Below, piece by piece: positions 50,077-62,713 of a stretch of 64,000 nt of DNA (the stretch's first letter is position 1; each line of letters begins with the position of its first letter). The DNA is from Octopus sinensis. Lineage: Eukaryota. The translations under genes and the position numbers were made by a program. The notes below the pieces were generated by a model. That model worked only from the letters and a program-made list of their open reading frames with translations. It did no database searches and was not told the origin of the DNA. Where the stretch lies: the NCBI RefSeq assembly GCF_006345805.1, contig NC_042998.1, positions 97,340,001 through 97,404,000 on the forward strand, in the 5' to 3' direction.

Positions 50077-50846
50077 GCAGTAATACCCGTCATTGATCGG
50101 GTAATTATTTTTATTGTTTCTCAAGCCGAGAATCTAGAAAAATGGGTATATCATATGGAAGAATAGCTTTACGGAATCCAGTTGATTGCGATGGCAATGA
50201 AAAGGCTACAGGCCAAGTGGAACATTCATTTGTCACTTCCTTTTGAAGTTTGAAAAGGTGGTATGCCAAAGGAGAATTGAAAGATTCAGTTTCAACGTGA
50301 ATAAAGCTAGAAGAATAGCTTTACAGAATCCAGGTAACTGTGTGATGGCACTGAGAAGGCCACAGGTGAAGTGGAAGACCCATTTGTCACGGTTTCTATT
50401 GACATTTGAATAGACCGTATGCCCAAGGAGAATTGAAAGATTCAGTTTGGAATCTGAACCAGAGTGAGACTACGACTACAGATTTAAGTTTACTCGTTCT
50501 GTATTTGTGTATTATACAAGGAAAAAACACGTAATAATTGAAGTAGAAAAAAGATGGATTTCATATACGAACTTCTGTTTGCTCTTCAAGTTGCAATCCA
50601 ACAGCTTTTGATGTTTGGCCCTGAGTTTTATTAATGCTCATGGCAAAAGAGAGCGGGATAGGAAATTGTAACGGCTTAAATTGGAATGGGGCACAAGATG
50701 GTATAACTGGAATGCGAGGAATGAAGATGGTCTCACCTTTATCACAACCAGTGAGAATATTTGCCTTAATGCAGTTCCTCATAAGTTTTTGCACAATCAG
50801 GGTTGTACCATTGCATAATTTTGGACAAACACACAAACAGGCAGAA

Positions 50847-50850
<4 letters not shown>
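50075..50850 (-). mobile_element. Helitron 3' fragment: PIF1-like helicase C-terminus plus terminal hairpin
   Basis: CNGTTLIVQKL...IFIPRIPVIP...FQFKPLQFPIPLSFAMSINKTQGQT (50561-50836); TACCCG/CGGGTA hairpin at 50084-50103 just before a CTA end in (TA)n; internal ~152-bp diverged tandem duplication (50158-50448). Confidence 0.8.
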
Positions 50851-50895
<45 letters not shown>

Positions 50896-51504
50896 TAGAT
50901 AGATAGATAGATCCGTATATATGTGTGTGTGTGTGTGTACAGTACCAGAAATGGTAACGTTGTTAAAAAAAAATCGCTTGCAAATACTTGTTTTCGGGTG
51001 CGATCTCACTGTGCAACATCTTGGATCAACCCACATTTAAAGAGTAAAACCATATGGCCATTGGGAACCTTTAGCTTTCGGAGTAGGTTATCAGTCTGAG
51101 AATAACCAATTAGCGGTGGGATTTCTTTTTTTTTTTTTGGTGGGGGACGCATTTGTTCCACGGAAACCTTAGAAAAATGTTATGGGCTCTGCTCTTCTAA
51201 GAATGACAAGCATGCATGCATGCATGCATACATACATACATGATGATGGCTGCCCCTCGTTATCGAGTATGGCCATTGCACGAAGCTTAACTGTTATTGG
51301 TGCTGTGATCGAATGTGACTTTTATTTGCTTTTTAAGGCCAGCCATTCAGTTGAGACTCACAGCAATATCAACAATCATGAACAATGTTGTTATCGTGCA
51401 ATGCCTGTGCAAGAAGATTTTTTTAAATACATACATACATGCATACATACGTACATACATACATACATACATACATACATACATACATACATACATACAT
51501 ACAT

Positions 51505-51700
51505 AATGCGGAACTTATAACTCTTGTATCCTGACTATAAATTCTCATTTGCACCTATCATTATAGGTGCATTAGGTTATGTACCAACAAATTTACACAA
51601 AAAACTTAGAAATATTGGGTTTTTCGAAGAAAGAGCAAAAGAAACTGATGCTAGTGATACAGTGAAGATTTGTAAGACATTCCAAAGATTCTCCATCTGA
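51505..51700 (+). mobile_element. R4/Dong-clade extreme 3' fragment abutting (TACA)n
   Basis: YPDYKFSFAPIIIGALGYVPTNLHKNLEILGF; same family as 727-845. Confidence 0.7.
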
Positions 51701-52723
51701 GATTCTTTAGGTGAATAGATGCACACACTTGGGCGTGTAAGTCAACAGCTCAAACAACACACCAACTCAACCACATATTTACAAACAAAAGGAACTCTCT
51801 TAACTCAAAAAGTCTTGTCCCTTTGTTAGTGAGCGGCTTGAATTCTCATAATAAGAACTTAAATTAAACTCAAAGATAAAGACGTATATACATACACTTG
51901 CACCATCCCACACGAATAACAGTGATATTCCAAACGTGTAAGTTATAACCTGAAATCGAGGAGCCTCAAAGACAAAATCCTTAGTTAGCTAAAAAGAAGA
52001 CAGGATTTTTCTGACATCAAGGAGGCAGTTGACCATACTCAATATACGAAAAACTTTTGACATGACATCCTGTTATTTATTCCTGATGATGAATCTAACG
52101 GCTTCTGTCGGAAGTTTTACATCACCAGGAAGTAATTTCCAATATTTAGTTCGGTTCAAAGATCACATTCGTTAATCTCATCAGTATCTTGAAACCTTAA
52201 CTTATCCTCCCAACCTTGACATGATAATCTCAGTTTATATTTACTTTGTAAGTATTTTGCGTATTATCTAAAAGTCACCATGTGTAATTGAAACTTCAGA
52301 ACTGTTAAAATTTTTCTGACGAAGAATTAATAGCTGTGTCGAGCGTACTATGTTTTTTGAACCTCTTCGACGCAACAATAATTTTAATGGAGTTTTACAT
52401 GTCAGTCAACTGCATGACGTAGGCCCTATTTGCCCACTAATATTTTTCAGTCTTGAACGCCATGTGGACTCTGAACAACGCAGATGGAGGCTTCCCACCT
52501 ACATATAAATGTTTTGCCCTTTCTAAAAATAAAATTTTGTTTTAACCAATTATGCATTTTATCATAATCTTTTAATTATTGTATGCTTCATTTTTTTCAT
52601 AAATTTTAAAACTTATGTCCTTCGATTTGTTTTTTCTCCACTCCACGCGCCTTTACTGGTTTCCTGTTTTTGTATGAATAAATGATGGATAAAATTGCTC
52701 TCAAAGGTTAAATAAAAGAAATT

Positions 52724-52759
<36 letters not shown>

Positions 52760-52854
52760 TTTTAAGACGACTTACAGTATCCAATACTGTGATGTTGTTA
52801 ATCGAAGATAGTGTGTGTACCGGGGGTTTGTACTGTCTGTCTGAGACAAGGGTC

Positions 52855-53545
52855 TCAGACAGACAGTACTTTACGCAATATGCCTGCCGTTCCAAGTAAT
52901 GCTGATTTTTGCAATATACCTAGTTTGTAGGGTACTTCTAAAGTTTCCATATGGGCTTTCAGATTGGGTGGTAGTAAACCCAATGTTCCAATGACAATAG
53001 GGACAACCTTTATGTTTGACTCTCGTAGCTGTCGCATCTTAGCGATCTCAATTCTCAGGTCTCTATATTTATCAATCTTACCTTTCTTTCATGACAATAT
53101 GCTGATCTCCCGGTACTGCCACGTTGATTATTAGGCACTCTTGTTTGTCCCACCTAAAGGTTACTATATCCGGCCTTCGGTGTTCTAATACCTTGTCTGG
53201 CTGAAAGTCAAAGTCCCAGTTGATTTTTGCCTTCTCCTTTTCGTCCATTACCTTTTCTGGTGTATGTTAGTACCAAGCGCTCGTTACGTTGTATCTATAC
53301 TTCCGGCATAGCAGCTAGTGAAGGTTTTGGGTTACCTTGTCGTGCCTGCGCTTATACTCTTTCTGCACAAGACTTTTACAAGCACTAACAATGTGAGTCA
53401 CGCTTTCCACCTTCTTCCCATGCATTCTGCAGAGGTTCGTTGCACTTGTGTGCTGTATATCCCTTTTCACTGAGTTGGTATTCAATGCCCTATCCTAGGC
53501 AGCGATGAGTAGGCTTTCAGTATTCTTTTTTTAGGTCACCTTTGC
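52855..53545 (-). mobile_element. R4/Dong-clade 3' fragment
   Basis: YKRRHDKV, KVVPIVIGTLG...QKSALLGTAGILRKVL. Confidence 0.88.
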
Positions 53546-53558
53546 TGAGCCACCTCCA

Positions 53559-53595
<37 letters not shown>

Positions 53596-54161
53596 GAGTA
53601 AGAGAGCAGTGTATGGCAGCAAAGTGACACTGGGGTAAAATATACGAAGCCCAGTATACCCATCACGACTACCCGCCTGATAAGGGTACACTAGGCACAT
53701 ACCTCACAACTATATGTGCGCAACATGGTGATCTCATATTAAGATAAACAGTGCATAACCTTGCAGGTGGGGCCCAGTTAGAATTTTCTTCAGATCGAGT
53801 AGCCCATTCCACTCAAAAGGTCCCCGAATAAGGGTTGTTTAAGGATGTTGAACGAAACACCCATGTTTCCAGGGGTGAATTATCCAAACCCCAAAGAATC
53901 CCTCTCAACACATTGCTATGATGCTCCTCCATTACTCCTGCTCGTGATCAGAGATGCACATATTGTCAGCCACCAAGGGACATGCTCAACTGGTTAAGGT
54001 CAAACAACTGCCCTGATGCAATACCAGGCAGTGGCTCTCATGGCTTCTGATCTTAATTGATCGGAAGTGTTATCATGTACATTGTTTTGTCTTGGTATAA
54101 AAGATGGGCTACAGTAAATATTCTGCTCAGTACCACAGATTTGCTTGTCAGTTGTTTGACC

Positions 54162-54214
<53 letters not shown>

Positions 54215-54479
54215 GAAGGCGGCGAACTGGCAGAATCGTTAGCATGCCGGGCAAAATACTTAGCAGCATTTCGTCCCACTTTACGTTCTGAGTTCAAATT
54301 CTGCCGAGATCGACTTTGCTTTTCATCCTTTCGGGGTCGATAAAATAATACTGGGATCGATGTAATTCACTCATCACCTCCTCCAAAATTGCTACCTTTG
54401 TGGCAAAATTTGAAACCATTATTATTGTTGTTGTTGTTGTTGTTTGTTATTCTGAAAACTCTCAGATAGTTCTCAATTA

Positions 54480-55830
54480 CCAGTTATTCTATACTTGAAA
54501 GCAAGCAATAACAAATCACTGCCTTCTCCTGTAACGTAAAAGGATAATACTCTCCTTAGAATGCGAACTGTACCCAACAATGCTATCTTCTGGATCACTG
54601 CGAGCCTGACAGCAGCTCCAATATTCTTAATATGTTTTTCAAAGCCCTTGGAAACTGCTCCTAATGCTCCAATTACCACCGCTATCACCATTATTTTCCT
54701 CATGCCCCATAACTTTCCTGTCTCGTCCCTCAGTGACTGGTATTTCTCAATCTTTTCTGTTTCCCTACATTTCACCCTCGAATCGACTGGTATTGAAACA
54801 TCTATTATCTTTACTTCTTTTTCATCTTTATGGATGAGCACGATATCTAGTCGTCTCACCTCTATGACTTGGTCGTACTACATGTTAAAATCCCAGAGTA
54901 TTTTGTAATGTCCGTTTTCCACTATTCCCTCTGGCTTGTGTTCATACCATTGTTCAGCTCTCTCAAGGGTTGCTTTACTGCACAGCAGCCAGTGGACATA
55001 TCTGGCCACGTGTCTTCTTTTGTATTCCAGTTGTGCGAGCTTACAGCACTTACTAACAATATGGCTTATACTTTCTCTTTTCTTAGAGCACATCCTACAC
55101 TGTGGCGAGTCAGTGCTCTTATCAATGTGATATTTGGAGTAGTTTGTTCCGAGAGCTTGTTCTTCAGCGCTGCACACTAATGTCTCAGTGGGCCCTTTTA
55201 AGTCTTCTTTCAGCAGCCATTGCCAGGTTCTGTTCCAATCAATCTCATCTTTATTCTTCAAGAAATGACTGCATTTTCTTGTCCTGCCAAATTTTCTTCA
55301 TCTGCTCCCTCTGGTCTTTTATAAATTGTGTTGGATTTATGGCTTTGTCCATTTTTAAGTTTCCCTGCATTTTCACTGCTTCAATCATTTCTTCTTTACT
55401 CCCCTTGACATACCAAGCCAGGCTATTCTCCTCTTCCCTTATACAACATTCACAACACACCAGCCCCCGTCCTCCTTATTTCCTCTTTACATACAATCTT
55501 GACACATCACTCTTGGGGTGTAGTTCCTTGTTCATTGTCATAAATTTACGTGTTCTCCGGTCTATCTCTTGTAATTCATTCTTCTTCCAAGATACTATTC
55601 CTGCCCCATATCTCATCAAAGCAACCACCCACGTGTTAATTGCTCTAATCTTATAGCGGCCATTTAGCTTCGATTGGAGCACAAGTCGAGTTTCCTCAAA
55701 TACTTTTCCCTGTACATTTCTTTCATCTTGTGTTTATTCATCTTATCTCTTTCAATGATTCTGCACTTATCACTTTCTGATGAGTTGTCTATTCTGTACT
55801 TGATGTAGCTGGTTCTTAATGCTTGCTCCT
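54480..55830 (-). mobile_element. R4/Dong-clade non-LTR retrotransposon, 3' half (RT end, CCHC knuckle, REL endonuclease), disrupted
   Basis: AINTWVVALMRYGAG, QCRMCSKKRESISHIVSKC, LEYKRRH, ILWDFN, RRLDIVL...IIDVSIP, VVIGALG. Confidence 0.92.
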
Positions 55831-55840
55831 CCTCCTCCTC

Positions 55841-55950
55841 TCTTCTTCTTCTTCTTCTTCTTCTTCTTCTTCTTCTTCTTCTTCTTCTTCTTCTTCTTCT
55901 TCTTCTTCTTCTTCTTCTTCTTCTTCTTCTTTTCTTCTTCTTCTTCTTCA
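55841..55950. repeat. (CTT)n microsatellite
   Basis: Direct reading. Confidence 0.98.
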
Positions 55951-56059
55951 TTTGACTTTTGCCTTGTATTTGTATAAGTTGACTGCAAGTGTCACCCAGA
56001 AACCTCAAGAGACGACAAGTTAGAAGTTCATGTTGGTGTTATGCCTAGAGTGTCATATA

Positions 56060-56640
56060 TTTGGTTTTGCACATAGTATTGTTCTAGAGAATGTTTAAGA
56101 AAATATACGAAAATTATGAGTTTGTTTTTAAAATTTTGAGATTACGTAGTCAGTATTTTACGTAGGATATGGGCAGTTCCCATGAGCACTATCTTTTGAA
56201 TATCTGCCATTTTAGAGTTTCCTGGTATCTGAGCTAGGTAGGAATCATCCCCTTTTGCTATCATTCCATATTGTTCCATATTTTTCCAATTTCTATTTCA
56301 AGATCTTTATACTTGCTCAGTTTTTGGTAACTTGACAGTTACATTTGTGTTGATTAGGACAGTCATATCAAGGAGATGGCATGATTTTTGTCTGCAGTCT
56401 TTCAATATAATGTCTAGCCTATTCGCATCTATCTTTCTGTCAGTTTGAATGGTGAAGTTCCAGAGGAGTGAGATGTGATCATTTTCAAGCACTGGAGGTG
56501 GTTTGTGTTCCCACTAGTTTTTATCATGGGGCAGGTCCAGGTTTTTGCAAATTACCCAGCGAATATATTGTGCTGTTCTATCATGCCTGTTGAGATACTC
56601 TGTAGGCGCAAGAAGACTGCACATAGACAACATGATCAAT
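56060..56640 (-). mobile_element. R4/Dong-clade 3' fragment
   Basis: LLWNFTIQTDRKIDANRLDII. Confidence 0.8.
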
Positions 56641-56652
56641 GGTTTCATTTTG

Positions 56653-56715
<63 letters not shown>

Positions 56716-56724
56716 CATTATTAT

Positions 56725-57115
56725 GGATCTTTATCTTTTGACCGACAGATTTAAAAAATAATTTTTTGTAACAAAACACTTTCAAACTTCGTATACTTGT
56801 AGAATGTGTCACATAAAACATCTTTTACTCTTGGCGTTGTTGAGAAAATTCTGTATTTTGGAAGTTACTTTTTGTTGAAGTTGTTGTATTTCGGTAATTT
56901 CAACCAACGGCAGTAATTTTATTCAGATGAATACATATCATTTATTGATTGAAATTACCGAAATACAACTTTAACAAAAAATAACTTCCAAAAAACAAAA
57001 TTTTCTCAACAGTAAAAGATGTTTTATGTGACACATTCTACCAGTATACGAAGTTTGAAAGTGTTTTGTTACAAAAAATTATTTTTTAAATCTGTCGGTC
57101 AAAAGGTAAATATCC
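56725..57115. repeat. Fold-back MITE (~175-bp arms) inserted in an (ATT)n tract
   Basis: GGATCTTTATCTTTTGACCGACAG ... CTGTCGGTCAAAAGGTAAATATCC. Confidence 0.9.
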
Positions 57116-57150
57116 ATTATTATTATTATTATTATTATTACTACTACTAC

Positions 57151-57227
<77 letters not shown>

Positions 57228-59734
57228 TGTTATCAAGTCATCAATTAGAATAGTTAGCGTGTCGGGCAAAATGCTTAGACACATTCCTTCTCTTCCGGTC
57301 TGACTTGAAATCTTATCGAGTTCCGCTTCGCCTTTCATCCTTTCAGAATCGATAAAATAAAGTGCCAGTCAAGTAATGTGATTGATGTAATTGCTTAACG
57401 TTTTCCCACTAAAACCGTTGGCCTTGAGCCAAAATTTGAAGCAATTATTATTACTATGCATTGTCACAAAGCCAAATACCTAGTTTTTGGATTCATTAGT
57501 ACCATCTTCCTATCAATAAATTATTTAAATTTGCAGTATTACATGCAAATCTCTTTAGCAGCTTGGTACATGAAGCGAATAAGACCACTAAAAACTGGTT
57601 GGCTGGATGGATGGATGGATGGATGGGTAGATGGGTGGTTGAGTGGATGGACGGACGGATGGATATCGAAATCTTTTCTCAAACTATGAAAATGTTTACA
57701 TCGTTTATTAAAAGCCTTTGAGCAAATATTTCAGCATCTGAGATCAAATAATCTCTTTTTTTTTTTATTTTGTTAATAAGGTATGTAACCGAAGAAGTTT
57801 CTGTAACAGGAAATAGTAAGTTTCCCAAGAGTATTTATTAGTGACGTAAACGAAGTGAATGTACTCCAGCACGGAACTAATGTTGAGTTTCAGCACCAAA
57901 GCAATGAATCCGGTTTTGTGTGATGTAACAAGGTCAAATCAACCTGACTGAATCCATCGCTCTCTCTCTCTCTCTCTCTCAAAGCAATACACACAGAAGA
58001 GGAGTAGAATTCAACGCTACAATCTAATAAAATATACATCAGTTTTATAGTGACAAATTGCTCGTACTTTGAGGTATCAATTTACAGTTCAGCGAACGGT
58101 ATTTGTTGAGGAATAAGTGCTTCGGCTACGGAAACAAGCGTGGCGAAGATAGGAAACAAACGTGAATACCTGACTGGTTGTCCAATATCTTACAGACTCG
58201 ACCAGGGCCTCAGAAAAAAAAAAAAACATTGCAGAACAAGACTACTTTTGGGCCAAGGAGCAGGTAGGCCTCTCAAAATTTAAGAGGTCTATGAGGTTTA
58301 GTATTTTAGGCAGAGGCATAATAAATAGACACAAGTTCCGATCTAATTTACCAACTGCACCTTCGCTTTCTTTTTACTATGAACTTAGTTTTTGTGTTCT
58401 CCTACATGGAAATACATTGATTCAACTGACTCTCATACTTTGGTTCAAAAAATTTTCAACTCTTCAGAAGAATTTGACAGTACTTCGTTGCTGATTGTAA
58501 GATTAATGTAAAAAAAAAAGTTATGGTGGGCAGAAAAAGAAACGTTTTACCGAAAGCAGTGGATGATAAACAATAGCACTGACTCAGATTTCATAATGGT
58601 AAGCTCTAAATGAACATAGATTGTATATCCAGAGCGAATTACTGAGAAATCTTAAAGGATTTTATCAACTGGCAGTTTGTGTTCACTTTCGTGCTATAGC
58701 AGACACTCATTTATCATTTGTTTGAATCTATATCATCTTTATTATGCTAGAATAGGTGTCTAAGCACAACAACGTAATCACCATTAATTAAAACAGAGTT
58801 AGATTCAGTGAAAATAAGGCAGATTGAACAAATGGTAGCAATTAACCAGCATCATGTGATATTCACTCCGATGTAAAAATTTCGAAGTCATTTGTACGAA
58901 AAAGATTTTCCCTCTTCTTTCCTTTCCTCTTTGAAACAGTTTAATATTTGATATTTTGTTATTTCAGAACATGTGGTCTGTCATCATATCAGTAAGTTTT
59001 AAAGTGGAATATGAAGAATGAAACATTTAAACAGCTAATTATTTTGATTAGATGATTTGTCTGTTATCCAACCTGAACATTTAGATAAAAAGGAAGTGGA
59101 ATTAATAACTGTTTAAAGAGTTGAGTGCTTTATTATTCAGATAGTTGATTTGAAGGGCTAAAGTCTACACATTAAATTATAGTTCTATAGATTGTACATA
59201 GGGTTATCAAATAACATTACGGTTCCATTACTTTCATCTGACTGTAAAATTAAATTGTTTGGAGTGAAGAGCTTTTTCAGTGATAAGAAATGAAAGAACA
59301 AAACAGACTTTCCAGAAAATTTGCATCTATATTTCTGTAACTCTCTCTTTTCATGGCAGACTAAATTTATTGTAGCATTTCGTTGGAAAGTAAACTGTTC
59401 TTGAAAAATGAAAGTATATTGCAATACAATCAGAAGTAACGACAGACATCTCATAATTTCAAACAAACATTATGTGACGTACAAAGGTATTCAATACATA
59501 TTCATATCATTTTATCTTTTACTTGTTACAGTCATTAAACTGCAGCCATGCTGGAGAACGATTTTGAAGAATTTTTAATGGAACGAATCAACCCCCCCCC
59601 CAGTGCTTATTTTTTAAAGCCTGTTACTTATTTTATCAGTGTCTTTTACTGAATCGCTAAGTTACAGGATGTAAACATACCAGCATCAGTTGATATGCAG
59701 TAGTGGGACAAACACACACACACACGTGTATATA

Positions 59735-60132
59735 TATATATTCTTTCTGTTACTTGTTTCAGTCATTTGACTGCAACCATGCTGGAGCACCGCTTTTAGT
59801 CGAACAAATCAACCCCTGGACTTATTCTTTGTAAGCCTAGTACTTATTTTATCGGTCTCTTTTGCCAAACCGCTTAGTTACGGGGACGTAAACAGGAACA
59901 CTAGTTGTCAAGCGATGGTGGGGAGACAAACGCAGGTACACAAACACACACACACTGACACACACACATACATTATACGATGGGTTTCTTTCAGTTTCCG
60001 TCTACCAAATCCACTCACAAGGCTTTGGTCAGGCCGGGGCTATAGTAGAAGACACTTGCCAAAGGTGCCATGCAGTGGGACTGAACTCGGAACCATGTGG
60101 TTGGGAAGCAAACTTTTTATCACACAGCCCGC
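59735..60132 (-). mobile_element. SINE family A, full length
   Basis: Reverse complement of 29241-29624. Confidence 0.85.
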
Positions 60133-60196
60133 GCCTAATATTTAATATAACGTGAAAACTGAACGTATAGTTTATATAAAATGAAAACAATCACAT

Positions 60197-60515
60197 TTAC
60201 GGGAAAACATAACAGTCATAGATGCACAAAATGAGATTAGGAAATACTTTTTCACTATCTCTACATTTGTTTCGCCATACATGCTCATGAAAGTATGATA
60301 AATCTTTTTGAAGGTATCGTGTTAATAAATCAGCGTTCTTCCTACTTTGTTGCCTAAGTTTCTTCTTGGCGAGTATCTATCACCCTTTTGTAGTCTGTGT
60401 ATGGATGCTGTCATCTTTTGTATCAATGTAATTGAGGGAATGGTTGACAGGGTTTGAGTATAAAAGTTGCTGAAACTCGCATAGGAACCCTTCCCACAGG
60501 ATGTCAAATGTGCTT
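60197..60515 (-). pseudogene. C-terminal remnant of a Merlin/IS1595-like (ISXO2) transposase
   Basis: Hand translation: ...PVNHSLNYIDTKDDSIHTQTTKG**ILAKKKLRQQ...SYFHEHVWRNK...VFPNLILCIYDCYVFP*. It resembles the Merlin motifs VNHS..FVD...HTQ.IE..W and YL.EF.WR (from memory). Confidence 0.55.
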
Positions 60516-60831
60516 CATGAAATTTTGGTATACCACTGTCGACACTTCCGGTTTCTATCGCAATATACTTTCATTTTTAAAGGACAATTTGTTTTCAATA
60601 TTTATGACTGCATATTAACTTAATTTTGTTCTTCTGAAACGATATCGACCACTATGCTACAGTAGACATGTGCGCTGTGTATTTATGTTGGCGCAGCTGT
60701 GTCGCAAAGGTTTTTGGGGTGCGTCGAAAAATACTTTCATCTTTGGGAAAATTTGGTTGTTGAATTAATTTAGAATTAACAGTTTTTAGGATCGGTTGTG
60801 CGCAATTTTGATATTAATTTAATAGTTTATG

Positions 60832-61227
60832 GGCGATCTTTCGTCTCTAGTAGACCTTTCCGTCGATTTCCGTAAAAAAATTTTTTTTTTTTACATATGG
60901 GCTTGCGGGAACTTTTGAAGTAATATATATACATATACACATACACCGAGAAAAAAATTTCAGTTATCTCTTTCTTTCACACATTACTCTGTCTCTTCAC
61001 ACATACTAACAGAAGCACTTCACTTACACAACATACTGTCTGTCTCCCACACCCCATCAAACACACACACACACGCGGTAACTTCAAAAGAATTTCCCTC
61101 GTCATACAATCGCTTTCTCTTAGTCTCTTTCGCTCTTATTACTTCAAAAGTTCCCACAAGCCCATATGTAAAAAAATAAAATTTTACGGAAATCGACGGA
61201 AAGGTTTACTAGAGACGAAAGATTGCC
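60832..61227. mobile_element. MITE with ~90-bp TIRs starting GG and an 8-bp TSD (Merlin-like; MULE not excluded)
   Basis: AGTTTATG|GGCGATCTTTCGTCTCTAGT ... ACTAGAGACGAAAGATTGCC|AGTTTATG. Confidence 0.85.
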
Positions 61228-61757
61228 AGTTTATGACATCTATATTACATTAATTCTGTGTGTGTTTGTCATGCTTTGAATTTGACCTTCAACAATAATT
61301 TGAACTCAATTCGTCCCTAACAATTTTGCAGTCTATGTGGGAGGATGAAGTGGGGTGTGGAGTCATTGAAATCAAACGATTTCCTTTTCTAAAATGAAAC
61401 GTTTTATTTTATTTTATTTACCCTACATTGTGTGTATGTGGGAGTTTATCTTTTGTAGAAATATTATGATATACATTTCATATTTGGTAAATACATGTTT
61501 CTTTTTCTATTCTATGTGTGTTCCTTATTTTACTACACGGTGTAAGATATTCTATCTCTACTGAAAATTATTCATTTGTTCTGCACGTTGCCATTTCTTT
61601 CTGAAGATAATTTACCGTATTTACGCGTGTACAAGTCGCCTTATTTTATACTTGATTCAAATTAAAAAAACAAAAACAAAAAAAAACTAGGAAGACTTAT
61701 ACACAGAGCAAAGCTAAAACTATGAAGGGATACAATTTGCTATTAATATTTAACACT

Positions 61758-61995
61758 AAGGCGGCGAGCTGGCAGAAACGTTAGCACGCCGGGCGAAATG
61801 CGTAGCCGTATTTCGTCTGCCGTTACGTTCTGAATTCAAATTCCGCCGAGGCCGACTTTGCCTTTTTATCCTTTCGGGGTCGATAAATTAAGTACCAGTT
61901 ATGCACTGGGGTCGATATAATCGACTTAATACGTCTGACTGTCCTTGTTTGTCTCCTCTGTGATTAGCCCCTTGTGGGTAGTAAAGAAATAGGTA
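61758..61995 (+). mobile_element. tRNA-derived SINE, family B (GCCTTTCATCCTTTCGGGGTCGATAAA core). Other copies at about 25-220, 3470-3668, 12620-12810, 14596-14790, 27822-28030, 29740-29890, 54216-54420, 57255-57440 and 61996-62160
   Basis: Pol III box-like head and a shared core in more than 10 copies. Confidence 0.85.
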
Positions 61996-62713
61996 TTTCG
62001 TCTGTCATTACGTTTTGAGTTCAAATTCTGCCGGGATCGACTTTGCCTTTCATCCTTTCGGGGTCGATAATTTAAGTACCAGTTGCGTACTGGGATCGAT
62101 CTAATCGACTGGTCCCCTCCCCCAAAATTTCGGGCCTTGTGCCTAGTGTAGAAAAGAATATTTAGCACTAAATTAGGGTGCACTGAATAACGGGTGCAAC
62201 TTAAACAGAAATAGATTTGGTATGAGTGTGATTTTTCTCTCTCGAGAAAACTCATTTTTTTAGATTCTGCTCATATACATATCGCTGCAGGTAGGGTGAA
62301 CAATTTATGTTTTAATGTTTTAATCAACAATACACTGTTAACTTATGTAATTTACCATTACTAAGAAACAGACAAAGGTGTCGTCTATAAAACAGAGAAA
62401 TGATTGTAAAACGGAAAAGATGAACGGGCGGCAAATCGAGAATCGCAGTGTGAACGGAAACAATTGAAAAATTGTAAGGCTATTGCGAAATTTAAACCAG
62501 GTTATTAATTGAGTTTTGAAGTGGAACAAGAATTCCAATAATCCATCAGAGGAACTCAAGACTGAAGATGTTATTGTTATAGACGCTGAACATTATAAAA
62601 GACATGTGTGAAGGATTTTACTGATACGTATTCACAGCAAAAATTAACGTTAAGCTCTAAAATTGAAGCAAATAATAAATTGCGTTTACATAGTCAAGGA
62701 TTTTTATTTTCTA

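Noticed and set aside
52083-52330. CTGATGA on both strands and CTGACGA
   Set aside because: No correctly placed GAAA, stem III and NUH
59185-59466. 93-aa minus-strand ORF with a hydrophobic N-terminus (possible secreted peptide)
   Set aside because: The N-terminus overlaps a block repeated in inverted form at 60538-60605; no other support
60541-60555. CCGGAAGTG ETS-like promoter motif
   Set aside because: Lies inside repeat-derived sequence next to the transposase remnant; a single short motif
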